Shown piece by piece: positions 53,147 to 63,908 of a stretch of DNA of 64,000 nucleotides. Under the pieces are notes generated by a model. The model had not been told where the DNA came from, did no database searches, and saw only the letters and a list, made by a program, of their open reading frames with translations. The translations under genes were made by a program, and so were the position numbers. This DNA is from Microcoleaceae cyanobacterium (GTDB lineage: Bacteria > Cyanobacteriota > Cyanobacteriia > Cyanobacteriales > Microcoleaceae). The stretch's first letter is position 1. Every line of letters starts with the position of its first letter. The DNA lies in NCBI GenBank assembly GCA_051652765.1, contig JBOFUV010000074.1, positions 1 through 64,000 on the forward strand, given 5' to 3'.

Positions 53147-54238
53147 CTAGGTTACCCGCAATCCTAAACCAATGGCTACCCCTAAACTAGCACGTTGCTC
53201 GGGAGAAATGTCCTGATCAACCTCTAGGGCAAGGGTATTAATTGGATCAATTTGAGTTGCAGGCATGGCTAGACGTTGCATGAAAAACTCGTCAAGCTGA
53301 CCAATCGCGGCTCCTGGCCCAGTCAGCAAAAGTTGGGCAATTTCTAAGCCATCACTCTGATTGATATAAAAATCAACCGAACGACGCAGCTCATCAGCAA
53401 GGTCTGATAAGACCTTGATAATAGCACTTGTCCCTGGATTGGTGTCACTTAGTGAGCCCAGGGTGTCTGTTACAGGAAGGGTCATGGCCTGTAACTCCCG
53501 CACATCTCGGGATGGCGGTAGGTTCATGGCGTTGTTCAGGGCGCTCTGCACCTGAAATACCCCAATGGGAATCGTGCGGTTAAACTGAGGCACACCATTG
53601 ACTACAATGGAGAGCTCTGTGTTGTCAAACTCAATATCAGCAATAATCGCAGCTTCACTGGAGGAAAACTGTTCAAGTTGTCGCCGCAACATCCGAATCA
53701 GAGCAAAGCTGCTGACTTCTAGAACATCAATTTGTAGTCCTGCCTGCTCAAAGACGTTTAGATAGGTATCGGTGACTTCTTTGCGAGTCGCAACCAAAAG
53801 CACCTGCATTTTTTCGATGCCGTCTTCATCGACAAACAGCCCTAACTTTTGATAGTCTACATCTGCTTCTTCCCGAGAGAACGGCAGATAAAGTCCTGCT
53901 TCCGCATTCATGTAGTCTCGGAGTTCATCGGCGTTGAGTTCTGCGGGCACTGAAATCATCCGAGTTACCGCCTCCCGCCCAGGAATTGAGGTGGCCACAC
54001 GCTTGGACTTAATGTTTTTGTCTGCCAAGGCAGACTGAATCAGCTCAGATACCGTTGGCGTATCAATGATCTGACCTTCCTGAACCGCATCTTCAGGAAC
54101 CTCAACGCTGGCTAAGGTTGCCAGTTTAGTCACATTCCCTTTGCGCTTAAGCTCAACAATGTTGATGCGCTCAGACGCAATCTCAATTCCGATCCCTGGC
54201 TTCGGCTTTGAGAACAAACCCTGTAAAAAATTAGCCAT
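53147..54238 (-). CDS. pilM: Type IV pilus assembly protein PilM
   Basis: Actin-like fold motifs GIEI, EAGLYLPF, LLVATRKE, ELRRSVDFY and LGLR. Confidence 0.93.
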   Translation of the reverse strand: MANFLQGLFSKPKPGIGIEIASERINIVELKRKGNVTKLATLASVEVPEDAVQEGQIIDTPTVSELIQSALADKNIKSKRVATSIPGREAVTRMISVPAELNADELRDYMNAEAGLYLPFSREEADVDYQKLGLFVDEDGIEKMQVLLVATRKEVTDTYLNVFEQAGLQIDVLEVSSFALIRMLRRQLEQFSSSEAAIIADIEFDNTELSIVVNGVPQFNRTIPIGVFQVQSALNNAMNLPPSRDVRELQAMTLPVTDTLGSLSDTNPGTSAIIKVLSDLADELRRSVDFYINQSDGLEIAQLLLTGPGAAIGQLDEFFMQRLAMPATQIDPINTLALEVDQDISPEQRASLGVAIGLGLRVT

Positions 54239-54254
54239 AAATCACAGCTATAAA

Positions 54255-56162
54255 TCATTCAAATGATTCGATAATACCGGAATGGTTGACAATCTCATCC
54301 CCTTGGGGTTCACATCGTCCCCCGAGATATTTGGCCAGAAATTCCTCTGCGATCGCATAGAAATGGAGCCGATTCTCAGGACGAGCAAAGCCATGACCTT
54401 CGTCAGTGTATAGCACATACTCGACCGGTTTCCCAGCCTGTTTCATGGCCGTAACAATTTGCTCACTTTCTGCCTGCTTGACGCGAGGATCATTAGCACC
54501 TTGACCAATCAACAAAGGCTTTTGAATCCGATCAACAAAAAATAAGGGAGATCGAGATCTGAGAAACTCCTCCTCTGTTTCCAGATTGCCTACCCGATGG
54601 TAAAAATTAGCCCGAATCGGCTCCCAGTAGGGAGGAATGCTCTGCATTAAAGTGATCAGATTGCTGGGGCCGACAATATCTACCCCACAGGTAAAGATCT
54701 CTGGCGTGAATGTCAATCCCACTAGGGTAGCATATCCTCCGTAGGAACCTCCCATAATCGCAATCTTGTCCCGTTGAGCAATGCCCTGATCCATCAACCA
54801 GTTCACTCCATCGATCAGATCATCATGCATTTTTCCCGCCCACTCTCGGTTCCCCGCGTTGATGAACGCCTTGCCGTAGCCGGTTGAACCTCGGTAATTA
54901 ATCTGAAGGACTCCATAACCTCGATTAGCCAACCATTGTGCCTGAGGGTTATAGCCCCAAGTGTCCCGTGCCCAAGGGCCACCATGAACCAACAGAACCG
55001 TTGGCACTGGGGTCGGAATACCCACAGGTTTTGTGAGGTATCCTTCTAGGGTTAGTCCATCCCTGGCTGGGAAGGAAATGGGTTCCATCGGTGCAAGGGG
55101 CAGCCCTGCTAGCTTGGGTTTGTTGGTAAACAGAAACGAGCTGGTTTTAGACCCACGGTCGTAAATGTAATAATGAACTGGGCCATCGTCCGTGAGAAAA
55201 CTCACCAGCCACTTCTGGTTGCTTAACGTCCGGCTGATGCTGAATTCTCCGGCCCGAATCCCTTGAATTGCCTGAAAATCCGCCTCAATACTAGAGTCCA
55301 GGATTTGCCATTCTTTCTTAGCTCGATAAAAAGATACTGCTTCAATGGTGCGGGTGGCTAAATTCAAGAAAATTCCGCCTACGTCGTACCGTGGGTCTTC
55401 AGCAATCACGGTTTCCTGGCGCGTGTTCAAGTCCAATGCAATTAACCGTTCTGCATTAGCCTCGTGATTACCCAGAATATAAAGGGTTTGGCCATCTTGG
55501 GAAAATGCGACGGTTCCCCCTTCCTCGTCTGCTGGCCAATGACGCAAGGTTTCCCAAGGGTGTTCAGGGGTGGCCCGATGGAGCAGGTCATACCCCCCAT
55601 CCGGAGTCGTTGCTGTGGCGGATCGCAGTTGAAACTCAGCATCGGCTGTCCAACTGACAATATTGCCTGGATTTTCAGCGGAGAAGTCAACTGCACCGTT
55701 GTTCAAGTTCACGCGATACACATCAAATACTTGAGGATTTCGCAGGTTCATCCCCACCAACACTTCGTCAGGGAAATTGGGGTCAAGGGCAACGACTTGG
55801 GCCCGGACTCCTTGGAAGGGGGTTAAATCTCTGACCTGGTTGGAGTGAACATTAACCAGGTAAAGATGCCAATTCTCGTCTCCGTCAGCATCCTGGGCAT
55901 AGATTAAGAGTTCGGGGTTGTACGTCCAGAAAAAAGCTCGAATCCCCCGCTTGCGATCTGCAGTCAGTTTACGGCTATCGGCCTGTCCAACGGTTTGCAA
56001 CCAAACCTGAAGGACGTTGCTTTCATCAGGGGCGATGTAGGCAAGCAACTCGCCACTATTTGATAGAGACGGACTGGTGCGCTCCGGATTACCAAAAAGA
56101 ATCTCACGGGAAATCAACGGGGGAAGTTGAGGGGCAATTTGATCAACTGTAGCTGTAGTCAT
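54255..56162 (-). CDS. S9 family peptidase (dipeptidyl/acylaminoacyl peptidase)
   Basis: VHGGPW, NYRGSTGYG, GGSYGG, GANDPRV and DEGHGF. Start set at MTTAT. Confidence 0.95.
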   Translation of the reverse strand: MTTATVDQIAPQLPPLISREILFGNPERTSPSLSNSGELLAYIAPDESNVLQVWLQTVGQADSRKLTADRKRGIRAFFWTYNPELLIYAQDADGDENWHLYLVNVHSNQVRDLTPFQGVRAQVVALDPNFPDEVLVGMNLRNPQVFDVYRVNLNNGAVDFSAENPGNIVSWTADAEFQLRSATATTPDGGYDLLHRATPEHPWETLRHWPADEEGGTVAFSQDGQTLYILGNHEANAERLIALDLNTRQETVIAEDPRYDVGGIFLNLATRTIEAVSFYRAKKEWQILDSSIEADFQAIQGIRAGEFSISRTLSNQKWLVSFLTDDGPVHYYIYDRGSKTSSFLFTNKPKLAGLPLAPMEPISFPARDGLTLEGYLTKPVGIPTPVPTVLLVHGGPWARDTWGYNPQAQWLANRGYGVLQINYRGSTGYGKAFINAGNREWAGKMHDDLIDGVNWLMDQGIAQRDKIAIMGGSYGGYATLVGLTFTPEIFTCGVDIVGPSNLITLMQSIPPYWEPIRANFYHRVGNLETEEEFLRSRSPLFFVDRIQKPLLIGQGANDPRVKQAESEQIVTAMKQAGKPVEYVLYTDEGHGFARPENRLHFYAIAEEFLAKYLGGRCEPQGDEIVNHSGIIESFE

Positions 56163-56301
56163 GGAATACTTGAAGAAATAGGACAAAAACTTGGGAGAGC
56201 GCTCAGGGCTATAGTCACTACCGCTTGGACTAAGACACCTATAAGATGCGTCCATCCCTTCATTCTAAGTCATAGACTCCCTCGAATGTTTGCTCTTTTT
56301 G

Positions 56302-56390
56302 CCTGAAACCCTTTTCCTGAAACCCTTCTCCTGAAACCCTTCTCCTGAAACCCTTCTCCTGAAACCCCAGTGTGAAACCCTGTCTGAACC
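56302..56390. repeat. 14-bp short tandem repeat
   Basis: CCTGAAACCCTT(T/C)T x4 plus 2-3 degenerate copies. Confidence 0.85.
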
Positions 56391-56826
56391 CAAACAATTC
56401 AGAGCAAGTGGAAAAGTTATTGCGATTGAACGATAAATACACAAGCAAAATCAATCCTCGTGATGTACCGATGGTGCAAACTTCTAGCTGGCAAGCGAGA
56501 TACTTCTGAGCCTCTGGAGTTTGCTACAGTAATTTTGATGAATTGAGGGAGGGGTCATACCCTTCGGTAAGGATTTGGGTTCTCAGAGGTCATCAAAGTT
56601 TAACAGGTCAAGTCTCCGCTTGCAGGCATCTTGCCTTCATCACATTTTGTCTTCAAAATTACCGATCCATTGACATCCCCTAGTCGGGTGAATTTGTTTT
56701 CATCGGATTGATTCATCGGACTGCAGGAGGGCAAGGATAAACCAATAAACGAAGATTAAAACAGATGGTTTTATACCAATCGCTAAATTCTTCTACTGCT
56801 CAACAGGAAATTCTATGTTAATCACA

Positions 56827-57051
56827 ATGAAAACTGACATTTCTGATTTGATTTCAACGATGCGGCAGCGCTTGGGAATCTCCCAAGAAAAACTGGCTGC
56901 CGAACTCGGAGTCTCGTTTCAAACGGTCAATCGTTGGGAACGGGGACATACAAAACCTTCTCATTTGGCTCTCGGTGCCATTAAGCAAAAATTAGTTGAA
57001 ATGGGGAGAGTAGGAGCTGATTTATTAACTGAATACTTTGAGGATAGCTAG
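56827..57051 (+). CDS. XRE-family HTH transcriptional regulator
   Basis: MRQRLGISQEKLAAELGVSFQTVNRWERGHTKPS. Confidence 0.88.
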   Translation: MKTDISDLISTMRQRLGISQEKLAAELGVSFQTVNRWERGHTKPSHLALGAIKQKLVEMGRVGADLLTEYFEDS

Positions 57052-57258
57052 TCTTTAAGGTTGCCAGTCCTAAGGCTGCCGATCTAAGACGAGTCATGCA
57101 ATACGGCTACAGGTGTCTCCTTTAAAGATACCTGTATTTTATTCTAAGAATTTGTTTTAAGAACGAGTTCAAAGACTCCAACAATTGCTGGAAGTTACTA
57201 AAATCCAATCGGAAAACCGGAGTATACTGGAGAAAGGTTAAAAAATCGGCGTTTTTCT

Positions 57259-57693
57259 GTGGAACTTTCTTGCAAAAGCCAGTACGCTTTGTTGGCTCTG
57301 TTGGAGCTGGCTACTCATCATAGTGACGGCGAGCCGATCCAGGTTCGCCAGATTGCAGTCCATCAGAATATTCCAGATCGCTATCTAGAACAACTACTTG
57401 CCACTTTAAGACGGAGAGGGTTTGTTTCTAGCCAGCGGGGAGCCAAAGGAGGGTATCGGTTAGCAAAAGACCCTCAGCACATTACCCTGTTAGATATTAT
57501 TGATTGCTTAGAGGGCTCAAGCCCCGGCAAGGCCCATCTTTCCTGTAGCCGCACTCCTGAGAATTCTGTGGTTCAAGAAGTTTGGCAAGAAGCGCACCAA
57601 GTAGCCAATTCGATTTTACAAAAGTATACCTTGAAAGACTTGTGTGAAAAGTTGGATGCCAAACGGCAAATTAACCTCATGTACTATATCTGA
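57259..57693 (+). CDS. Rrf2 family transcriptional regulator (CymR-like)
   Basis: YALLALLELA, IPDRYLEQLL, SQRGAKGGYRLA and C-terminal MYYI. Lacks the three-Cys IscR motif. Confidence 0.92.
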   Translation: MELSCKSQYALLALLELATHHSDGEPIQVRQIAVHQNIPDRYLEQLLATLRRRGFVSSQRGAKGGYRLAKDPQHITLLDIIDCLEGSSPGKAHLSCSRTPENSVVQEVWQEAHQVANSILQKYTLKDLCEKLDAKRQINLMYYI

Positions 57694-57984
57694 GAAGAAT
57701 CCGGTTCAAACTAGATGTTCAAACCGAATTAGAATTTACGGCTAGGTGTAATTATTCAATGACTTGGACTCGTGATTGACCTGAGTAATTGCTACTCGAT
57801 ACCAGTGTGGATAACCCTAGAATTCATGGCTAGAAATCACGGATAGAGCATAGAGGCAGACAGCATCAAAAGCCCCTGAACCCATCCTGAAAATCTCGAA
57901 CAAGAGTTTAACTGCAACATCTTGGACAAAAGTTTAAGTTTGTGCTAATGGTCTTGCTTAAAAAGCAACTTCCAAGCAAGACAT

Positions 57985-58022
57985 CATACTTAGCGAGCTA
58001 GTTAACTAGCTCGCTAAGTATG
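57985..58022. repeat. Perfect 38-bp palindrome
   Basis: CATACTTAGCGAGCTAGTT|AACTAGCTCGCTAAGTATG. Confidence 0.9.
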
Positions 58023-58343
58023 GGACGATACAAATCCCTGCATTAATCCCCTCAGCCCCCTTTTTTAAAGGGGATACTGAAACCAAGGGGGATCTTGATC
58101 TGTAGCATGTAAAAAGTAAATTGGTATAAGTAGCCAACTGGGAAATGTTCACTGTAAAATATATTCTATGATCAAAAGAACGACTACAATTCTAAATTGT
58201 GGCCATCTGTTTTGATCTTTAATTCTGAGTATTCAGTTCTAATACTGACCCTCTGTCCTAAATGTTCCAAATCATAGAAACCATAGATCAGGTAATCTTT
58301 ATCTCAAGGGTTCTAGGGTATTATTGAAAGTCGTTTACTTAGT

Positions 58344-58403
58344 AAGTTTAAGATTTACAAGTTTAAGACTTTTAAGTTTAAGATTTATAAGTTTAAGATT
58401 TAA
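58344..58403. repeat. 15-bp tandem repeat directly upstream of the J-domain gene
   Basis: AAGTTTAAGA(T/C)TT.. x4. Confidence 0.85.
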
Positions 58404-58408
58404 CAGAG

Positions 58409-59083
58409 ATGGTATCTAACTATTACGAAACTTTGGAGGTCAAGCAAACTGCAACACAAGCAGAAATCAAGCGGGCCTATCGTCGCCTAGCAAGGCAATT
58501 TCATCCGGATAGTCAAAGCGCAACGGCTGATCATGAACAAATTGTTCGGATTAATGCGGCCTATGAAGTGCTAGGCGATCCTCTGCGTCGCAATTCTTAT
58601 GATAGCCAGATTTCGCCTCCAGTTTATGCAACAACTCGCACTGTTCAATCTCCTTCCCGTTTCACTCGAAAAACAGGTCAGGAAACCGATATCGAATTGA
58701 CTCAGTGGGTTCGTCAGGTTTATCAACCGATTAATCGCAGCTTAAATCGAATTCTTAAGCCTCTCAAACAAGAAATTGACAAGTTATCTGCCGATCCCTT
58801 TGACGATGAACTCATGGAGGAATTTCAATCTTATGTTGGTCTCTGTCGCACTTGTTTTGAACAGGCCCAGCATATGTTTCGTTCTGTCCCAAACCCTTCA
58901 AATGCCGCAGGAGTGGCGGCCCAGCTTTATTACATCTTGAATCATGTGGGAGATGGGATTGAAGAGCTAGAGACATTTTCTCTGAACTATGATGATTCCT
59001 CGCTACATACGGGTCAAGAATTGTTCAGAATGGCGGTAAGTCTGCGCCGAGTTGCCCAAGAAGAGCTAAAGAATATCGCATAA
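58409..59083 (+). CDS. J-domain (DnaJ-like) protein
   Basis: NYYETLEV, IKRAYRRLARQFHPD and INAAYEVLGD. Confidence 0.92.
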   Translation: MVSNYYETLEVKQTATQAEIKRAYRRLARQFHPDSQSATADHEQIVRINAAYEVLGDPLRRNSYDSQISPPVYATTRTVQSPSRFTRKTGQETDIELTQWVRQVYQPINRSLNRILKPLKQEIDKLSADPFDDELMEEFQSYVGLCRTCFEQAQHMFRSVPNPSNAAGVAAQLYYILNHVGDGIEELETFSLNYDDSSLHTGQELFRMAVSLRRVAQEELKNIA

Positions 59084-59177
59084 GTTGCACCATAAAGATG
59101 TCTCCAAGTTGATATTTGTCAGAAAAACCATTAAATTATAGTTACAGAACTTAACAATATGGATAACGTGTGCATTT

Positions 59178-60068
59178 ATGGAATGCATCATTAAACGCCG
59201 TGCTCAGTTCTCTGCCAGTCATCGGTATTGGCTGCCCGAACTGAACGAAGCCGAGAACTTTGAGCGATTTGGCCCAACGGCTCGTTTTCCTGGCCATGGT
59301 CATAACTATGAGCTTTATGTCTCTATGATGGGCGAGCTAGACTCTTACGGCATGGTGCTGAACCTGTCGGATGTCAAGCACATCATCAAGCAGGAAGTGA
59401 CAAGTCATCTAGACTTTTCTTACCTGAATGATGTTTGGCCAGAATTTCAGCAGACGTTGCCGACGACTGAGTATATTGCTTGGGTAATTTGGCAGCGACT
59501 TGCTCCCCACCTCCCCATCGTCAATATTCAACTTTTTGAACACTCTGAACTCTGGGCAGATTATCAAGGAAATTCTATGGAAGCCTATCTCACGGTTAGC
59601 ACTCATTTTAGTGCAGCTCATCGTCTTGCCCACCCTAAATTGAGCTACGAAGAAAACTGCGAAATTTATGGGAAGTGTGCTCGTCCTAACGGTCATGGTC
59701 ACAACTATCACCTAGAAATTACGGTCAAAGGCACAATTGATTCCTGTACAGGAATGATTGTAGATTTAGCAGCCCTGCAACAGGTGATTGATGATGTTGT
59801 TGTGGAGCCCTTTGACCACACGTTTTTGAATAAAGACATTGCCTACTTTGCTGAAGTTGTTCCAACGGCTGAGAACATTGCGGTTCACATTCGGGACTTG
59901 CTGCAAGCTCCCATTTACAATCTAGGGGCCACATTGTACAGAGTGAAGTTGATCGAAAGCCCGAACAATTCTTGTGAAGTGTATTGTTCTACTTCCAGTT
60001 CACCCTCAGAAGTTTCTCAGGCTCAAGTACCAGCCTTGACAAGTAGTTTTATGACTCTGCCCTCGTAG
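59178..60068 (+). CDS. queD: 6-carboxytetrahydropterin / 6-pyruvoyl-tetrahydropterin synthase, tandem two-domain form
   Basis: Two T-fold repeats with FSASH/FSAAH, GHGHNY (x2) and PTTE/PTAE. Confidence 0.88.
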   Translation: MECIIKRRAQFSASHRYWLPELNEAENFERFGPTARFPGHGHNYELYVSMMGELDSYGMVLNLSDVKHIIKQEVTSHLDFSYLNDVWPEFQQTLPTTEYIAWVIWQRLAPHLPIVNIQLFEHSELWADYQGNSMEAYLTVSTHFSAAHRLAHPKLSYEENCEIYGKCARPNGHGHNYHLEITVKGTIDSCTGMIVDLAALQQVIDDVVVEPFDHTFLNKDIAYFAEVVPTAENIAVHIRDLLQAPIYNLGATLYRVKLIESPNNSCEVYCSTSSSPSEVSQAQVPALTSSFMTLPS

Positions 60069-60494
60069 TCCTCCAAATTCTGGGGGGAATGGGTTGCTCA
60101 GAGCTCCAAGCTTGAGGGTACTCTGCGAGAGGCCCTTTAATCTATGGGGGTTTAGTGCTGAATTCACCTGCTGAATGGATTCATTCCTCAGTCTAACAAA
60201 GCCCAATAAATAGAGATTATAGCCAAAACAGAACGGGGTTCCAAGCTTATCCAGAACTTACGCTAATGTTTTGTTTGTAAGCTGCTTATAAAATTGCATA
60301 TATTCAACCTCTCAGTACAGTTAGGTTAAACAGGAATGCATCTAAGAAGTCAGTGTAGTTCTTTTAAAAAAGTAACGATGCGAAAAGTCTGATCTGACAA
60401 CTTCATTTACAAAGGGCAATTGAAGAATTGTTGGTAAAGGCCAACATATAGCGTGCAGCAAAACTAACTAACATAATAATAGCGCTGGGCAAGT

Positions 60495-61388
60495 ATGAGT
60501 CAGAACTTTGGCCAACAGTTACGCAAGGTTATCTCAATGCCTAAGGATAGACTCAAATCTTTATGGGGGTTTTTCCTGGCTGAAATAAGAGAAATTCTTT
60601 ATTGGAAATGGGTTTTGGATGGACACATAGGCCAGAATCTATCTGTGTCAACCAATCAGAAACTAACTGTAATTGTTCCTAGCTATCATGCTAGCCGTGC
60701 GAGAAACATCCAGCCTCTGATTCGCTCTGTTTTAAAATGTGACTTTGTTGAAAAAATCATTATTAGCAACCATAACCCTCTGATCCGGCTTGAAGATTGG
60801 GTGGAAGTGAGCGATGATGCTCGAGTCATGCTGATCAATCAACCCGTCAGACGTGGATGTGGATATGGCTGGATAGTTGCTAGTCAACAAAGCTCCGATT
60901 ATTTTGTGGTAATTGATGATGACCTACTCATCTATCCCGATCAACTTGTGATGTTGTTTCAGCGGCTGATTGAGGAGCCCGAATCTCCCCATGGTTTCAT
61001 TGGTCGTCGTTCTGATGGTGAATATGTGATGCAACAGGAGACAGAGGTTGCTTTTTTATACAATATATACGCAGTGACCAAGACTCATATTCAGAGGTAC
61101 TTGGAATACGCAGCCGCAATCGTAGCCAAGGGTTATGCATCGCAGGAATCGATTGAATACTGGAGCGATGATATTATCATTAGCCAGACAGGGGTGCATC
61201 AACCAAGAATCCACGATGCTGGCTTTATATTGCAATGTAAAACCACCCGTACCTCAGGTGTGGCAACGTTTGTAGAAGGGCAATTTGAGGGACGGCGTTT
61301 GGAAGTATATCAGGCATTACAAAAAGTGAAGAAAGATACCTCTAGTCAACAGACTGCTCCTCAACATAACTTAGCTTGCGGCTTCTAA
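60495..61388 (+). CDS. GT-A fold glycosyltransferase-like protein
   Basis: LTVIVPSY, KIIISNHNP and VVIDDDLLI (DxD). First gene of a glycosylation cluster. Confidence 0.7.
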   Translation: MSQNFGQQLRKVISMPKDRLKSLWGFFLAEIREILYWKWVLDGHIGQNLSVSTNQKLTVIVPSYHASRARNIQPLIRSVLKCDFVEKIIISNHNPLIRLEDWVEVSDDARVMLINQPVRRGCGYGWIVASQQSSDYFVVIDDDLLIYPDQLVMLFQRLIEEPESPHGFIGRRSDGEYVMQQETEVAFLYNIYAVTKTHIQRYLEYAAAIVAKGYASQESIEYWSDDIIISQTGVHQPRIHDAGFILQCKTTRTSGVATFVEGQFEGRRLEVYQALQKVKKDTSSQQTAPQHNLACGF

Positions 61389-61396
61389 CTCGTACC

Positions 61397-61445
61397 TTAG
61401 AAACATAACTTAGAAACATAACTTGGAAACATAACTTGGAAACAC
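61397..61445. repeat. 13-bp tandem repeat
   Basis: TT(A/G)GAAACATAAC x3 plus a partial copy. Confidence 0.8.
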
Positions 61446-61449
61446 GCTC

Positions 61450-62457
61450 ATGTTTAACAAACCGCAAATTGGAGTTGTGGCGATTGGCAGGAATGAAGGC
61501 GATCGCCTTAAACATTGCCTTCGTTCGATCCTTGGAAAAGTTGCTCTGATTGTATATGTGGATTCAGGTTCTACAGATGGCAGCATTGAGCTTGCCCATT
61601 CCCTCGGAGTTGAGAGTGTTGAGCTGGACTTGTCTATTCCATTCACCGCTGCCCGTGCCCGCAATGCAGGCTTCAAGAGACTCTTAGAGCTGAATCCAGA
61701 GTTGGAGTTTGTTCAGTTTGTGGACGGAGATTGTGAAATTGTTGAGGACTGGCTTGATTATGGAATGGAGATTTTCCAATCTGAACCTCAAATTGGGGTT
61801 GTCTGTGGTCGGCGACGCGAACGGTTTCCCCAAGCTTCGATCTACAACTTGCTCTGCGATTTAGAATGGGATGTTCCCAGCGGTGAAGTCAAAACCAGTA
61901 GTGGTGATGCCCTCATGCGAGCGATCGCCTTTCAGCAGGTGAATGGTTATGATCCGACCTTGATTGCCGGAGAAGATCCAGAACTCTGTATTCGTCTCCG
62001 GCAACAGGGTTGGAGAATCTGGCGGCTGGATGCCGAAATGACTCGCCACGATGCTCAGATGACCCGATTTGGTCAATGGTGGAAACGTTCCCTACGGGCA
62101 GGTCACGCCTATGCTGAGGGGGCATGGAGGTACGGGCGTAGTCCAGAAAAGCACTGGGTCAAGGAAAGTCGCAGCATTTGGCTTTGGGGTCTTTTGATTC
62201 CCGTAATTGCCCTTATTGGTACCTGGTTCTCTGGGGGGTGGACTTTGGTGCTACTGGCTGGGTATCCATTGATGGTGGTGAAGACGTTTCGATCCCTGCA
62301 AGTCCATGGTTGGAATTTTCAAGAAACGGCTTTGTACAGTAGCTTTTGCGTCCTCGGGAAATTCCCTCAGATCCTCGGTCAGCTCCAATTTCATCGAAAC
62401 CGTTTATTGGGGAAGCCCTCAAGCCTGATTGAGTATAAGGCCCAAGTCAACTCCTGA
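61450..62457 (+). CDS. GT2 family glycosyltransferase
   Basis: IGRNEGDRL, YVDSGSTD, FTAARARNAG, FVDGDC and IAGEDPELC. C-terminal TM segments. Confidence 0.93.
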   Translation: MFNKPQIGVVAIGRNEGDRLKHCLRSILGKVALIVYVDSGSTDGSIELAHSLGVESVELDLSIPFTAARARNAGFKRLLELNPELEFVQFVDGDCEIVEDWLDYGMEIFQSEPQIGVVCGRRRERFPQASIYNLLCDLEWDVPSGEVKTSSGDALMRAIAFQQVNGYDPTLIAGEDPELCIRLRQQGWRIWRLDAEMTRHDAQMTRFGQWWKRSLRAGHAYAEGAWRYGRSPEKHWVKESRSIWLWGLLIPVIALIGTWFSGGWTLVLLAGYPLMVVKTFRSLQVHGWNFQETALYSSFCVLGKFPQILGQLQFHRNRLLGKPSSLIEYKAQVNS

Positions 62458-62643
62458 ATATCTGAATATCTAGTTATTTCAATCGGTTTGAATATTGAGG
62501 TTAATCCCGGAGAGGGTTGTACAGCTAGCTTGCAATTGTCAATGTTCCAGGGTTAGAACAACTGAGTTACTCAGACAATCTGATCAGCGACAATCCCTAG
62601 CACTTGTTTACCAGCCCTGATTTTTTATTGACAACCGATTATC

Positions 62644-63843
62644 ATGCGAAGCTCTATGGTTACTATTGAACAAAAACAAGGGCCGATCCGTCCAAAAGAG
62701 AAGTTTCTGATTTTTGGTTCCCCGGCGATTGAGGAAGCCGAAATTCAAGAAGTTGTTGCCAGTATGATCACGGGCTGGCTTGGGACTGGCCCGAAGGTGG
62801 CGCAGTTTGAAGAGGACTTCAAGACCTACAAAGATAGCGAGGAAGCTGTAGCAGTTAATTCCTGCACAGCCGCTTTACATTTGGCCATGCTGGCTGCTGG
62901 GCTGGGGCCAGGAGATGAAGTGATCACGACCTCACTCACATTCTGTGCAACTGTGAATTCAATTCTCCACACTGGAGCAACGCCGGTTTTAGCTGATATT
63001 GATCCAGTGACAATGAATATCGAACCAGCCGAGATCGAGTCCAAAATTACCCCGAGAACGAAGGTGATCATACCCGTTCACTTTGCAGGTCGCCCCTGCA
63101 ATATGGATGCCATCCTTAACATTTCCCAACGCCACAATCTGAAAATCATTGAGGATTGTGCCCATGCAATTGAAACTGAGTACCATGGGCAGAAAGCTGG
63201 AACCTTTGGTGACTTTGGATGTTTCAGCTTCTATGTTACAAAAAATATTGTCACAGGTGAGGGGGGAATGATCTTGACGAGTCGAGAGGAAGATGCCGCC
63301 CGACTCAGGGTACTAGCTCTTCATGGCATGAGCAAGGATGCTTGGAGACGCTTTGGAGATCAAGGCTACAAGCACTACAAAGTGACAGAATGTGGCTTTA
63401 AGTACAACATGATGGACTTGCAAGCAGCCATCGGAATTCATCAATTGCAAAGAATAGAACCTTACTGGAAACGTCGTCAAGAAATTTGGGCCATTTACCA
63501 ACAGGCATTTGAAGATTTTCCTATCGGTTTACCCCCTGACTTGGAGCCAGGAACCCGCCACGCTTACCACCTTTACACCATTTTAGTGAATGAGGCGAAA
63601 ACGGGCATTAGCCGAGATGACTTTTTGGATAGAATGACCGCAGAAAATATTGGGATTGGGGTGCATTATCTCAGCATTCCTGAGCATCCTTACTATCAGA
63701 AAACCTTCGGTTGGAAGCCTGAAGATTATCCGAATGCAATGGCAATTGGGAGAAGTACTGTGAGTTTGCCATTGTCCGCTAAATTGACAGATGAGGATGT
63801 AGAAGATGTCATCCGAGCAGTCAAAAAACTAGTTAAGGGATAG
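62644..63843 (+). CDS. DegT/DnrJ/EryC1/StrS family sugar aminotransferase
   Basis: VNSCTAALHLA, IPVHFAG, IEDCAHA and FSFYVTKNIVTGEGG. Confidence 0.95.
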   Translation: MRSSMVTIEQKQGPIRPKEKFLIFGSPAIEEAEIQEVVASMITGWLGTGPKVAQFEEDFKTYKDSEEAVAVNSCTAALHLAMLAAGLGPGDEVITTSLTFCATVNSILHTGATPVLADIDPVTMNIEPAEIESKITPRTKVIIPVHFAGRPCNMDAILNISQRHNLKIIEDCAHAIETEYHGQKAGTFGDFGCFSFYVTKNIVTGEGGMILTSREEDAARLRVLALHGMSKDAWRRFGDQGYKHYKVTECGFKYNMMDLQAAIGIHQLQRIEPYWKRRQEIWAIYQQAFEDFPIGLPPDLEPGTRHAYHLYTILVNEAKTGISRDDFLDRMTAENIGIGVHYLSIPEHPYYQKTFGWKPEDYPNAMAIGRSTVSLPLSAKLTDEDVEDVIRAVKKLVKG

Positions 63844-63908
63844 GAAAAATCATCCCGAATTATCTCGAACTTACGTACTTTTAGGAAAATAACCTTTAGA
63901 AAAAAACT

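Noticed and set aside
56260..56454. 64-aa ORF with GFQEKGFR repeats
   Set aside because: It is a translation of the 14-bp intergenic tandem repeat.
57200..57226. Possible Rrf2 autoregulatory operator (ATCC...GGAGTAT)
   Set aside because: The dyad symmetry is too weak to support without comparative data.
30215..57814. Perfect DnaA boxes TTATCCACA near 30215, 37759 and 57806 as oriC
   Set aside because: They are isolated single boxes many kb apart, one inside ribF, with no cluster and no dnaA/dnaN nearby.
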